Shown: positions 9,077 to 19,171 of the stretch, in pieces
Numbering within the stretch: position 1 is the first letter of the stretch
How the letters are laid out: every line of letters begins with the position of its first letter
From: an uncultured Sphingobacteriia bacterium
Lineage (GTDB): Bacteria; Bacteroidota; Bacteroidia; Chitinophagales; Chitinophagaceae
Reading direction: 5' to 3'
Assembly: GCA_945957225.1 (NCBI GenBank)
Contig: CAMFKK010000001.1
Span: 1 to 59,744, forward strand
DNA length: 59,744 nucleotides
Notes under the pieces: model-generated
The model's database searches: none
Seen by the model: only the letters and a program-made list of their open reading frames with translations
Told to the model about the DNA's origin: nothing
Program-made: the position numbers and the translations under genes

Positions 9077-11455
9077 ATGAAATATAAAATCCTTTTCCTA
9101 GCAACGCAATTCTTTGTTTTATTTGGTCATGCCCAATCAATTGGTCCAGATAGTTTGTTAAATAGGTGGACGGTACAACAACCCATTGAGAAGGTCTATG
9201 TGCAGTTTGACAACAAACGCTATGCTCCTGGTCAAACCATTTGGTTCAAAGCTTATTTGACTTCACTTCAATTGCCTTCTTCACTGTCTAAGAATTTTTA
9301 TCTTGATTTTCACGATGCCAATGGCAAATTAGTGGAACATATTGCTGCACCCATTGTCAGTGGGGTGGCGCTTGGGAATTGGGTGATACCTGATAAATTT
9401 CAAGGAGAAACAGTAACGGCAGTTGGTTATACCAATTGGATGCGCAATTTTGATTCAGCTTTTTATTTTAAAAGAATCCTTACCATACTTTCTAGTGTTG
9501 TAAATAGTCAAAAACCTCCAACCATTCTTCCAAGCACCACGGTTCAGTTTTTACCCGAAGGTGGTAATGCCATTATTGGAATCCCATCTAATATGGCATT
9601 TAAGGCAGTGAATCAAAATGGGTTACCAGTATCTATTAGTGGCACCGTTAGAAATAAAGCGGGTGAAGAAATTACCAGCTTTAGTAGTTCTCATCATGGT
9701 ATGGGAACTTTCCAGTACCTCCCACAAACTGGAGAAACTTATACTGCCCATTGGGTGGATCAGCTGGGTAATAGTCAACAAACCCCCTTGCCAAAAGCAG
9801 AACCAGTTGGTGTAAATCTGATTGTACATCCAGGAAGTTTGGAAAGATTTTTTGAAATCAATCGCTCAGCAGAAGTACCAGAAGCTTGGAAAAAAATCAC
9901 TGTTATGGTTCAGGCCAATGGAGAAGTATTGTTTAAAGCCATCGCAAACCTTTCTACTAAAACAGCTATTCGTAGTAAGATTCCAGTAATGCAATTTCCA
10001 TCGGGCGTAGCCCAGCTAACGCTGTTTGATGCCAATAACCTGCCACTCTGTGAAAGACTAATTTTTGTCAACAATGAAGAATACCGTTTGAACGCCACAG
10101 TAAAAACGGATACTTTGAATTTGGAAAAAAGAGCTAAGAATGTATTTGAGATTACCGTAGAAGATAGCACATTGGCCAATCTTTCTTTAGCTATCACAGA
10201 CGGAAATGTAAATGGAGTAACGGATGATAATATTCTTTCTTCTTTGCTACTAACCAGTGATATCAAGGGTTATGTACACAACCCGGCTTACTATTTTACC
10301 AGTGATGCAGATAGCCTGGCAAAGCAGCTAGACCTAGTCATGCTCACCAATGGTTGGAGAAGGTATAGTTGGTCTGCAGTGTTGGCTGAGAAATTACCCA
10401 AACTCCAATATACAGCAGACAATGCTTATCTGTCTTTGTATGGTAAAATTGAAGGACTATCAGAAAATAAGATCAAGAAAGCAGAGTTGATGAATATGAT
10501 TTTACAATCAAAAGACTCTTCTAAGTCAATGATCTTTTTGCCCATTCAACCGGATGGAACTTTCTCTCAGCCCAATTTAATACTGTATGATACTACTAGA
10601 ATCTTTTACAAACTCAATGCTACAACGCTTTGGGCCAAGAACAAAGTAAGTATCTGGAACAATTTGTATACGCCAAATAAAAATAGAATGATTACCAATA
10701 CCCATTTTAATATTGATACTGCGGGTAATGGAATTTTAAAATTTATTGCTGCTGAAGCCAAACGTTTGGAGCAGTTGAAATTAGAGACCACTTTAAAAGA
10801 AGTAGTAGTAAAGTCAAAAGTAAAATCACCCATGCAGGAACTGGATCAAAAATATGCATCGGGTTTATTTTCTAGCGATGGCATTCAATTTGATTTGACC
10901 CAGGCCAATGAAGGTGGTAATACCGTATTAGGATATTTACAAAGTAGGGTAGCAGGCTTACAAATTAATAATGCTAATTCACCGGATGCAACTGCCACTT
11001 GGCGGGGTTCTAGAACCGATTTTTTCTTAAATGAATTTCAATCTGATGCCCAACAGATTTTTAATATTAACATGAATGACGTGGCCTATATTAAAGTATT
11101 CAGACCTCCTTTCTTTGGAAGTTTTGGCGGTGGTGCAGGTGGTGCTATTGCTATTTATACCAAGAAAGGGGTTGACGCAACTAAGTCAATTAAGGGCTTG
11201 GATTTTCTGGAATGGATGGGCTATTCACCTAGAAAAGAATTCTATTCTCCCAATTACGCAGAACAACAAGCGGGTTTTAATACCGCCGACTTACGCAACA
11301 CATTGTTGTGGATGCCTTGGATCAATACCAATAGCAATAACCAAACCATTAAACTGCAGTTTTACAACAATGATTTTAGTAAATCCTTTCATTTGATTTT
11401 AGAGGGAATGGATAATGAGGGTAAGTTGGTACATATTAGTAAATTGCTGCAATAA
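9077..11455 (+). CDS. Secreted protein with MG2-like N-terminus and C-terminal TonB-plug-like domain (no beta-barrel)
   Basis: EKVYVQFD..Y.PGQTIWFKAY, FLPEGG, LLLTSDIKGYVHNPAYYF, LDLVMLTNGWRR, LKEVVV, GAIAIYTKKG, DLRNTLLW.P. Confidence 0.75.
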   Translation: MKYKILFLATQFFVLFGHAQSIGPDSLLNRWTVQQPIEKVYVQFDNKRYAPGQTIWFKAYLTSLQLPSSLSKNFYLDFHDANGKLVEHIAAPIVSGVALGNWVIPDKFQGETVTAVGYTNWMRNFDSAFYFKRILTILSSVVNSQKPPTILPSTTVQFLPEGGNAIIGIPSNMAFKAVNQNGLPVSISGTVRNKAGEEITSFSSSHHGMGTFQYLPQTGETYTAHWVDQLGNSQQTPLPKAEPVGVNLIVHPGSLERFFEINRSAEVPEAWKKITVMVQANGEVLFKAIANLSTKTAIRSKIPVMQFPSGVAQLTLFDANNLPLCERLIFVNNEEYRLNATVKTDTLNLEKRAKNVFEITVEDSTLANLSLAITDGNVNGVTDDNILSSLLLTSDIKGYVHNPAYYFTSDADSLAKQLDLVMLTNGWRRYSWSAVLAEKLPKLQYTADNAYLSLYGKIEGLSENKIKKAELMNMILQSKDSSKSMIFLPIQPDGTFSQPNLILYDTTRIFYKLNATTLWAKNKVSIWNNLYTPNKNRMITNTHFNIDTAGNGILKFIAAEAKRLEQLKLETTLKEVVVKSKVKSPMQELDQKYASGLFSSDGIQFDLTQANEGGNTVLGYLQSRVAGLQINNANSPDATATWRGSRTDFFLNEFQSDAQQIFNINMNDVAYIKVFRPPFFGSFGGGAGGAIAIYTKKGVDATKSIKGLDFLEWMGYSPRKEFYSPNYAEQQAGFNTADLRNTLLWMPWINTNSNNQTIKLQFYNNDFSKSFHLILEGMDNEGKLVHISKLLQ

Positions 11456-11469
11456 GCAAATGCCATTAC

Positions 11470-12627
11470 ATGAATGATTTGATTAGGGATTCTAAATTGC
11501 CAAATGTAGGAACTACCATTTTTACGGTAATGAGTCAATTGGCTACAGAACATGGGGCTGTGAATCTGGGACAGGGCTTTCCTGATTTTCCAATGGATAA
11601 GGAACTAACCAGTTTGGTGGCAAAAGCCATGGAAGCTGATTGGAACCAGTATGCACCTATGGCAGGATTGCCCTTGCTTAGGCAGAAGCTAGCAGAAAAA
11701 GTGCAGCAATTGTATGGATCCAGTATTGATCCAGATACTGATATTACTATTACCCCAGGTGGCACTTATGCCATTTATACAGCACTCACCGCAGTATTAC
11801 AACCGGGTGATGAAGTCATTGTTTTTGAACCTGCATACGATAGCTATATTCCCAATATTGAAACCAATGGGGCGGTACCAATAAGGATTTCTCTTTCTTA
11901 TCCTGATTTTTCCATTCCTTGGGATGAAGTGAGGGAGAAGATAAGTAGTCGCACCCGGATAATCATGATCAATACGCCGCACAACCCTACGGGTGCGGTT
12001 TTGAACGCTACTGATCTCCAGGAATTGAGCAGGATTGTGGCAGATACCCAGATCCTAATCCTGAGCGATGAAGTCTATGAACACCTGATCTATGATGGCT
12101 TACAACACCAAAGTATTTTGCGCTATCCTGAATTATTGGCCAGAAGTTTTGTTTGTTTCTCCTTTGGTAAAACCTATCACTGTACGGGATGGAAATTAGG
12201 ATATTGTATTAGTGCCCCAGCCTTGATGAAAGAGTTTAGAAAAATTCATCAGTTCAATGTATTTAGTTGCGATACTCCCAAGCAAGTGGGGATTGCGCAA
12301 TTCATGGAGCACCGCAATGCCTATCTTGACTTGGGCAAACAAATGCAAGTAAAGCGAGATTTTTTTAGAGAACTGATGAAGGATACTCCCTTTCAATGCA
12401 TTCCATCACATGGTAGTTATTTTGAGTGTTATAGCTATGGACATTTCTCTCAAGCATCAGACAAAGAACTAGCCATTCAACTCACCAAAGAATATGGGAT
12501 TGCAAGCATTCCCTTATCGGCATTTTACCTTGATGGAACAGACCATAAAGTGCTTAGATTTTGTTTTGCCAAACAAGAAGCCACTTTGGAGAAAGCGGTT
12601 ACCCAGCTCAAAAAGTATCGCCCATAG
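11470..12627 (+). CDS. ybdL: Methionine aminotransferase (PLP, class I/II)
   Basis: SKLPNVGTTIFTVMSQLA, NLGQGFPDF, NTPHNPTG, SDEVYEH, SFGKTYHCTGWKLGY, LRFCFAK. Confidence 0.92.
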   Translation: MNDLIRDSKLPNVGTTIFTVMSQLATEHGAVNLGQGFPDFPMDKELTSLVAKAMEADWNQYAPMAGLPLLRQKLAEKVQQLYGSSIDPDTDITITPGGTYAIYTALTAVLQPGDEVIVFEPAYDSYIPNIETNGAVPIRISLSYPDFSIPWDEVREKISSRTRIIMINTPHNPTGAVLNATDLQELSRIVADTQILILSDEVYEHLIYDGLQHQSILRYPELLARSFVCFSFGKTYHCTGWKLGYCISAPALMKEFRKIHQFNVFSCDTPKQVGIAQFMEHRNAYLDLGKQMQVKRDFFRELMKDTPFQCIPSHGSYFECYSYGHFSQASDKELAIQLTKEYGIASIPLSAFYLDGTDHKVLRFCFAKQEATLEKAVTQLKKYRP

Positions 12628-12669
12628 GGCAATTAAAAAATTCTAAGATTAGAAACTGTACAGCAAAAA

Positions 12670-13170
12670 TTATTGGTGTTTTTTATTGAGGTCTAAACCT
12701 TTGTAAAATCCAAGGTCTTCTGCAGTAATCAATTTGGTCAAGAGGGCAATCTGTCCGGTATGATAAGATAAGTGTTCTGTTACGTGCAGGATGATGCCAA
12801 TACCACTTAATTCATAGACCTGAACAGCTTTTACTGCAGCTAATTCCGCATCTGTTGCTGACGCAATGCGATCAATGCTTTGTTGCAGTACCCCATCAAA
12901 AAGCGCTTTTAATTCCGCTCTATTTTTCCCACCACGGGTGGAGAACTCTGCATCCCTATTTCTATTGTCTGCAGCGCCCCCCAATGTGGTTAGAATATAT
13001 TGTGTGATATTGCCACAGAGATGCAATACCAAATTACCCATGCTATTAAGTGCTGAATTGGGTTGTTCCCAAATCCTATCTTCTGGAACCAAATCTAAAC
13101 AGGCCAAGACACGTTTTCTACTTTCTTCCATTCTATAAATGGCCTGTTCCTTAAATTCGGTTCCTAGCAT
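12670..13170 (-). CDS. DinB/DUF1572-family protein
   Basis: NSMGNLVLHLCGN, RNRDAEF, EHLSYHTGQI (His triad). Confidence 0.88.
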   Translation of the reverse strand: MLGTEFKEQAIYRMEESRKRVLACLDLVPEDRIWEQPNSALNSMGNLVLHLCGNITQYILTTLGGAADNRNRDAEFSTRGGKNRAELKALFDGVLQQSIDRIASATDAELAAVKAVQVYELSGIGIILHVTEHLSYHTGQIALLTKLITAEDLGFYKGLDLNKKHQ

Positions 13171-13200
13171 CGGTATTTTATATTTTTTCTTCTACAATTT

Positions 13201-13410
13201 TTCACTCTTCACTCCTCACTCCTCACTCTTCACTCTTCATTCTTCACTCTTCACTCTTCACTCTTCACTCTTCATTCTTCACTCTTCACTCTTCATTCTT
13301 CACTCTTCATTCTTCATTCTTCATTCTTCACTCTTCATTCTTCACTCTTCATTCTTCACTCTTCACTCTTCATTCTTCACTCTTCACTCTTCACTCTTCA
13401 CTCTTCACTC
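13201..13410. repeat. Heptamer tandem array, 30 units (19 TTCACTC, 9 TTCATTC, 2 CTCACTC)
   Basis: Counted directly; exact 7-bp phase over 210 bp; its last base is part of the TAG stop of the TIGR00266 gene. Confidence 0.98.
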
Positions 13411-14210
13411 TATCTCCATCCATCACCATCCAAGATATTACCCAGTCCACCCAATACAGATCCTTCTTCTCTTCTAGAAGTGGTACCGTATTGCAGAATT
13501 CTTCCTGCCAATCTGCTAATGGGTAGACTCTGAATCCATACCATGCCTGGTCCACGTAAGGTAGCAAAGAAAACACCTTCTCCACCAAACAAGGTATTCT
13601 TAATGCCTCCTACAAACTGAATATCGTAGTCTACATCGGCTGTAAAGCCTACAATACAGCCTGTATCAATTTTGATTAATTCACCTGGTTGCAGAATTTT
13701 TTCTTTGACAAAACCACTGGCGTGCAAGAAAGCCATACCATCTCCTTCTAGTTTTTCCATGATAAATCCCTCACCGCCAAACAAGCCAGTGCCTAGTCTT
13801 TTCTGGAATTCAATACCCACACTCACGCCTTTGGCTGCGCAGAGAAATGCATCTTTTTGACAGATGATTTTCTGCCCCATATGCTGCAGGTTTACCGGAA
13901 TAATTTTTCCAGGATAGGGACTGGCAAAGCTCACATGCCTTTTGCCTGAACCAATATTGGTGAATGCGGTCATGAACAAACTCTCACCTACCAACACACG
14001 TTTGCCAGCATTTAAGAGTTTGCCAAATAAGCCACCACTATTAGATTGGTTACTGCCGTCTCCAAAAATGGTTTCCATGGCAATGCCATCGTCCATCATC
14101 ATGAAGGCGCCGGGTTCTGCAATAGCAGTTTCATTGGGGTCTAGTTCTACTTCTACATATTGCATTTCTTCTCCAAAAATGCGATAGTCTATTTCGTGAT
14201 TATTGATCAT
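13410..14210 (-). CDS. TIGR00266 / AIM24-family protein
   Basis: HEIDYRIFGEEMQYVEVELDP.E.AIAEPG, GESLFMT.F, CQKDAFLCAAKGV, GGEG.F, GPG.VWIQSLP. The start at ATG 14210 is preferred because the ORF-track extension runs through a terminator. Confidence 0.92.
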   Translation of the reverse strand: MINNHEIDYRIFGEEMQYVEVELDPNETAIAEPGAFMMMDDGIAMETIFGDGSNQSNSGGLFGKLLNAGKRVLVGESLFMTAFTNIGSGKRHVSFASPYPGKIIPVNLQHMGQKIICQKDAFLCAAKGVSVGIEFQKRLGTGLFGGEGFIMEKLEGDGMAFLHASGFVKEKILQPGELIKIDTGCIVGFTADVDYDIQFVGGIKNTLFGGEGVFFATLRGPGMVWIQSLPISRLAGRILQYGTTSRREEGSVLGGLGNILDGDGWR

Positions 14211-14275
14211 AATTTTCTTTTGATAGCAAATTACTGAGCCAACTGAAAATGGCAAATTCCTTTTTGATAATCGGC

Positions 14276-14306
14276 AAAAAAAAGCCGCCCCCATGCAGGA
14301 GCGGCT
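14276..14306 (-). terminator. Intrinsic terminator of the RND operon
   Basis: Minus strand AGCCGCTCCT-GCAT-GGGGGCGGCT followed by a T-run, about 20 bp after the RND stop. Confidence 0.85.
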
Positions 14307-14326
14307 GTTCAAACAAAAAAACCTTA

Positions 14327-17300
14327 TTAGAACCAACTACCAATAAACGATTCGTTCACAGTATTTGTGCCTTTTAATTTTTGTGCGCGTTTGATGCGTT
14401 TTGCGCGATGCTTTAACAAGGTAATCACCATCAAAGGCAAGAAGATCAGGGTTAATGGTGGAATGCCCAACATGCTGATCCAACGTCCACCATACATATT
14501 GCGCATAGGGCGTCTTAATCTTTCTGAGATCAGGTACATACTTGGTACAATCACCAATGTCATAAAGAAGGCAAATGCCAATCCAAAGATGATGGTCCAT
14601 GACAATGGCTTCCAGAACACCACGTTGTCTCCTCCAAAGAAGATATGCGGATTCAATTCTGCAAACAAAGTAATAAAGTTGATATTGAATCCAATGGCAA
14701 TAGGCAAGAATCCAAGAATAGCAGCCAAAGCTGTGAGCAGTACCGGAATAATCCTAGTCTTACCCGCTTCAATCAAAGCTTCTCTGGTTTTCATACCTCT
14801 TGCACGGAGTTCATCCGTAAACTCAATGACCAAGATCCCGTTTTTCACCACAATACCTGCTAGACCCACAATTCCAATTCCAGTCATAACCACAGATACA
14901 CCCATTCCCGTGATTCCAAACCCTAACAATACCCCAATCACACTAAAGACAATTTCTGTAAGGATAATTACCGGTTTGCTAATGGAGTTAAACTGCAATA
15001 CCAGGATGAAGAGAATCAGCATCAATGCAATCAATAAGGCTTTTCCTAAGAAAGCGCCTGTTTCTGCTTGTTGCTCTCCTTCACCGGTTTGTTTTATGCT
15101 TACACCATCGGCTTTTTGCTTAAAGTTCTCAATATGGGTAGCAATCACTTGGTTAACGGCTGTTGGCGTATAACCATTCAACACATTAGAACGCAATGAG
15201 ATCAAACGCTTCTGGTTCTTTCTTTTTACCATACCCAATGTACTAGTGGGTTCAATATGTACCAATGAACTAATGGGGATATTCTTGATAGCACCACCGC
15301 TGGCAAAGTCACGGAAGCTAATCTTCATGTTCAACAATTCAACCAGGTTCTTACGTTGGAACTCATTGTTGCGCAATTGAATCTTGTACTCTTCCTTACC
15401 TTCTTTGATCTTGCTTACTTCTTTACCAAACAAGGCAGTACGCAAAGCCAACCCAATTTGACCAGAAGACACACCTTCAATCAAAGCACGCTCCCTATTC
15501 ACTGTCAAGGTTAATTCAGGAGTAGATAAATCCACATCCATTTTTAATTCTTCTACCCCAGGTACTTGAATTGAATCTAAATAGTTCTTTAAGCCAACTG
15601 CTGTTTTAATCAGGTTGTCAAATTCTTCACTTGATACTTCAATATTTACTGGTGGTTCTGTTGGTGGACCATTTTGTTCTTGGTTCACACTAATCTCTGC
15701 ACCAGGAATGCCTTTCATTACTTTACGCACACTGTCTAATAAGGGTGCAGTAGCAGCGCCATGGCGTTTTTCAAATTCCACAAAGTTCACCTGAATCCTG
15801 CCCAGTTCAGAACGCGTACTACGGTCTCCACTGGTAGGGTCACTTGCACCAACAGCTACGTTACTAATAATACTTTCTACAATGGGATTGGTCTTACCAT
15901 TTTCAGTACCCAATACTTTGTTGACCCTTCCTTCTAATACTTTGGTAATAGAATCGGTATACAATACATCTGTTCCTACAGGAAGTTTTACATAAACAAA
16001 GATTTGGTTAGGGTCTCCTTTGGGGAAGAACTCAACAGGTACTTTACGCGCTGCAAAGAAAAACAGCGAGAAGAAGAATAGACCAATGGTTCCTAATAAC
16101 AAGTAAACAGGTCTCCATCCATATAATGCCCAACGAAGCAAGCTCTCATAATGGTTCATGATCCATGGCAAAGCATGGTTTTGGAAATAGTGAATGGCAT
16201 CATCCAGTACATATTTGTTTAAGATAACCAAGAGCATAAAGAAGATGAGTAGGTTACCCCAGAAAGGAGCACCCATCAAGTCTAATAATACACCCAAGAT
16301 AATGGCAGCCCAGAATCCTTTCTTTTTAAAGATAGCAGACTTGGGTTCCTTTTCTTCTCCTTCAGCATGGTTCATAAAGTCTACCGCAAACACGGGGTTC
16401 ATGATAAATGCCACCACCAAGGATGCTGCCAAAGTAAAGATGAGCATGGTTGGAAGATAGATCATGAACTTACCTATGATTCCCGGCCAGAATAGCAATG
16501 GGAAGAAAGGTGCTAATGTGGTTAATGTACCGGCCAATACAGGAATAAATACTTCACCTGCAGCCATTCTTGCAGAGATGGTGGCTGATAACTTTCCTTT
16601 TCCATCTACAAATATTCTGTGCGTATTTTCTATGACCACAATGGCGTCATCCACAATAATCCCTAGACCAAATAAGAGGGCAAAGAGTACAATAAAGTTT
16701 AAGGTTACGTGTCCACCTACAATTACATCGGCCCCTGGCAAAAATACAAAGGCAACAAACATACTAAGTGGAACAGAGAGTGCCACAAAGAAGGCATTCA
16801 CTACGCCCATAAAGAACATCAGGATCACCAATACCAAAATAAATCCAATAACAATACTATTCACTAGGTCTGTGAAAGAAGTACGGGTTTTGATACTCAT
16901 GTCTCCGGTAATCACCGCTTTCAAGTCTTTGGGAAAACTGGTAGCTTTAATCTCGTCAACAATCTTTTTTACGCCATCGCTGGTTTCAATCAGGTTCTCA
17001 CCACTTCTCTTGATAATGTTAAGGGTAACTACATTTTTACCATCCAAACGTGCAAAACTTTCTTTCTGCTTAACGGTGTCTTTGATTACGGCAATATCTT
17101 TCAGATAAATGGGCGCACCAGTTTGGTTGCGAACAATAATCTTCTCAATATCATAAGCCGTTTTTAATTGTCCCTTTAACTGTAGGTTTCTTTTCATGGT
17201 ACCTACTTCTAACAAACCACCGGATATGTCTACGTTTTCACGTTGAATGGCATTGCTGATATCGTCAAAAGTAACACCAGCACTTTGCATACGGTAATTG

Positions 17301-17908
17301 TCTACATTAATCTGGAATTCACGTTCGGGCGCACCAACAATATCAACACGGTTAATCTGTGGAAGATCTTCCAGTTTGTCTTTTAGGTCATCTGCATATT
17401 TCTTTAATTTTTGCAAGTCATAGTCACCACTAATATTGACATACATAATGGGTTGCTCACTAAAACTTACTTCTAATGCCGTGGGCGGCGATGTAAGGTC
17501 AGTAGGAAGATCCTGTTTGGCCTTGTCCATAGCGTCTTTGACTTTCTGCAATGCCACGTCTGTTTTAACATCGGTGTCAAATTCCACCATAATGGCAGAG
17601 AAGTCTTGTTGAGAATTACTGGTGAACTTTTTAATCTTGGCTCCAGTAATACCCTTGATTTGTTTTTCAATGGGTCTGGTTACCAGGTTCTCAATATCCT
17701 TTGGTGAGTTACCTACATAAATGGTTTGCACATATATTGTAGGAATAACTATATCAGGAAATTGCTCCTTGGGTAATGTTACAAATTGATAGATACCTGC
17801 TAAGCTCACAAAGAGCATCATCAGGTAGATGGATGTTTTATTTTTGATGCTCCAAGTGGTTGGTCCAAATTCTTTGAACTTTCCTTGGATGATTTCTAAT
17901 GCGCTCAT
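14327..17908 (-). CDS. RND efflux transporter permease (AcrB/AcrD/AcrF family)
   Basis: LPKEQFPD, SPKDIENLVTRPIE, GIIVDDAIVVIEN, GIVVKNGILV, RIIPVLLTA. Confidence 0.95.
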   Translation of the reverse strand: MSALEIIQGKFKEFGPTTWSIKNKTSIYLMMLFVSLAGIYQFVTLPKEQFPDIVIPTIYVQTIYVGNSPKDIENLVTRPIEKQIKGITGAKIKKFTSNSQQDFSAIMVEFDTDVKTDVALQKVKDAMDKAKQDLPTDLTSPPTALEVSFSEQPIMYVNISGDYDLQKLKKYADDLKDKLEDLPQINRVDIVGAPEREFQINVDNYRMQSAGVTFDDISNAIQRENVDISGGLLEVGTMKRNLQLKGQLKTAYDIEKIIVRNQTGAPIYLKDIAVIKDTVKQKESFARLDGKNVVTLNIIKRSGENLIETSDGVKKIVDEIKATSFPKDLKAVITGDMSIKTRTSFTDLVNSIVIGFILVLVILMFFMGVVNAFFVALSVPLSMFVAFVFLPGADVIVGGHVTLNFIVLFALLFGLGIIVDDAIVVIENTHRIFVDGKGKLSATISARMAAGEVFIPVLAGTLTTLAPFFPLLFWPGIIGKFMIYLPTMLIFTLAASLVVAFIMNPVFAVDFMNHAEGEEKEPKSAIFKKKGFWAAIILGVLLDLMGAPFWGNLLIFFMLLVILNKYVLDDAIHYFQNHALPWIMNHYESLLRWALYGWRPVYLLLGTIGLFFFSLFFFAARKVPVEFFPKGDPNQIFVYVKLPVGTDVLYTDSITKVLEGRVNKVLGTENGKTNPIVESIISNVAVGASDPTSGDRSTRSELGRIQVNFVEFEKRHGAATAPLLDSVRKVMKGIPGAEISVNQEQNGPPTEPPVNIEVSSEEFDNLIKTAVGLKNYLDSIQVPGVEELKMDVDLSTPELTLTVNRERALIEGVSSGQIGLALRTALFGKEVSKIKEGKEEYKIQLRNNEFQRKNLVELLNMKISFRDFASGGAIKNIPISSLVHIEPTSTLGMVKRKNQKRLISLRSNVLNGYTPTAVNQVIATHIENFKQKADGVSIKQTGEGEQQAETGAFLGKALLIALMLILFILVLQFNSISKPVIILTEIVFSVIGVLLGFGITGMGVSVVMTGIGIVGLAGIVVKNGILVIEFTDELRARGMKTREALIEAGKTRIIPVLLTALAAILGFLPIAIGFNINFITLFAELNPHIFFGGDNVVFWKPLSWTIIFGLAFAFFMTLVIVPSMYLISERLRRPMRNMYGGRWISMLGIPPLTLIFLPLMVITLLKHRAKRIKRAQKLKGTNTVNESFIGSWF

Positions 17909-17950
17909 ACGAGTGGTTTAATGGTTTTTCGCAAAAATGGATTGCGCGTA

Positions 17951-19141
17951 TTATTTGGCGTCTGTGGTAATCAATTGTCCGTCATATAAACTCTGATGAC
18001 CTTCTACAATGAGCACATCCCCAGCTTTTAATCCTGATTTTACTTCTAATTTGTTACCGTATAACTCACCTGCAACAACTACTCTTTTACGAGCAATTAA
18101 TTTTCCATTTTCTGAAGCAGCCACCATTACAAAACGGCCCTTCTCGTCATTTTGTAAAGTGTTGATAGGAATTGTTACCGCATTATCTGCTTGATAATCT
18201 TGTACACGAACTAAGGCAATTTGATTGGGGCGGAAATTCTTGTCATATGGAATTTTGGCTTCTACGTAGAAACTTCTGCTATTGGGGTCAATAATTTTTC
18301 CAGCAACACCAATCTTGGCTTCCAATGTGCGATTAATATCTGGTAAGCTAATTTGTATTGTAGTACCTACCCCTACACGGTTTGCATAGTTTTCCGGAAT
18401 CTGAGTAGTCACTTTTAAATCAGTAGTATTCACCACTTTAATTTGGCCAGGACCAGCAAATAACTCACCCACACGTACATTTACATCATCAGCCACACCA
18501 TTTACATCACTATATACAGAAGTGAATTTAAGTTGTTCTTGGGTAATTTTAATTTGCTCTTCGGTGCTTTTCAATTGGTTCTCCAAATTTTCAACATTGT
18601 TCTTGGCTGTAATCAGTTGAATTTCTGTACCAATATTTTGTGCCCATAGATTTTGTTGTTTTTGATATAAGTTTTTAGCAAATGCCAATTGGGTCTTAAT
18701 AGACTGCAAGCCCTGTTGACCAGCAATCAAACTTTGTTTTACCAAAGCGTCATCCAATTTCAAAATCAATTGACCCTTGCTTATGTTGTCACCCTTTTTA
18801 ATATAGAGTTCACGAACCTGTCCGCCACCTCCACGGGGAGTAATAAAGGAAATATTCACCGCGTCTACTTTACCCTGTAGGTCAATATAGTGTGTGAATT
18901 TTTCTGTAACAATGGGTGCAGTAACCACCAATTTGCTTTTTTCAACTTTAGAGGAAGGATCCATTTTCAATACTTCAGCTTCCAGTTTAGCAATATTGTT
19001 GCCAATTTCTGTTTGTTGTTTTTTGAGTTCTTCTAATTGTTTTTTCTTGGCAGTTAATTCCGCAGAATCAGTTGATTTGCTTCCGCAGGCAGCCAAAAAG
19101 ATAAGGGCTGCTAGCATTAAGATATTTGGTTTTTGTTGCAT
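17951..19141 (-). CDS. RND periplasmic adaptor (MFP), lipoprotein
   Basis: Lipobox LAAC; lipoyl motif GDNISKGQLIL; coiled coil; GLKAGDVLIVEG. Confidence 0.93.
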   Translation of the reverse strand: MQQKPNILMLAALIFLAACGSKSTDSAELTAKKKQLEELKKQQTEIGNNIAKLEAEVLKMDPSSKVEKSKLVVTAPIVTEKFTHYIDLQGKVDAVNISFITPRGGGGQVRELYIKKGDNISKGQLILKLDDALVKQSLIAGQQGLQSIKTQLAFAKNLYQKQQNLWAQNIGTEIQLITAKNNVENLENQLKSTEEQIKITQEQLKFTSVYSDVNGVADDVNVRVGELFAGPGQIKVVNTTDLKVTTQIPENYANRVGVGTTIQISLPDINRTLEAKIGVAGKIIDPNSRSFYVEAKIPYDKNFRPNQIALVRVQDYQADNAVTIPINTLQNDEKGRFVMVAASENGKLIARKRVVVAGELYGNKLEVKSGLKAGDVLIVEGHQSLYDGQLITTDAK

Positions 19142-19171
19142 GGTATAATCTTTATAATGTTAGTTGGTGGG

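Noticed and set aside
13201-13410. Possible CRISPR array
   Set aside because: Contiguous 7-mers with no spacers, and no cas genes in the window.
13139-13477. 112-aa ORF with LHSSLFT repeats
   Set aside because: Translation shadow of the stop-free C-rich strand of the heptamer array; overlaps two real genes in antisense.
14211-14336. N-terminal ORF-track extensions (also 30684-30740, 33931-33966, 36511-36561, 40718-40747)
   Set aside because: They run through terminators, leaders or upstream genes; family motifs or signal peptides begin at downstream ATGs.
14367-17108. Long antisense ORFs (268 aa, 214 aa) opposite the RND gene
   Set aside because: Typical shadows of hydrophobic coding sequence, with no independent motifs.
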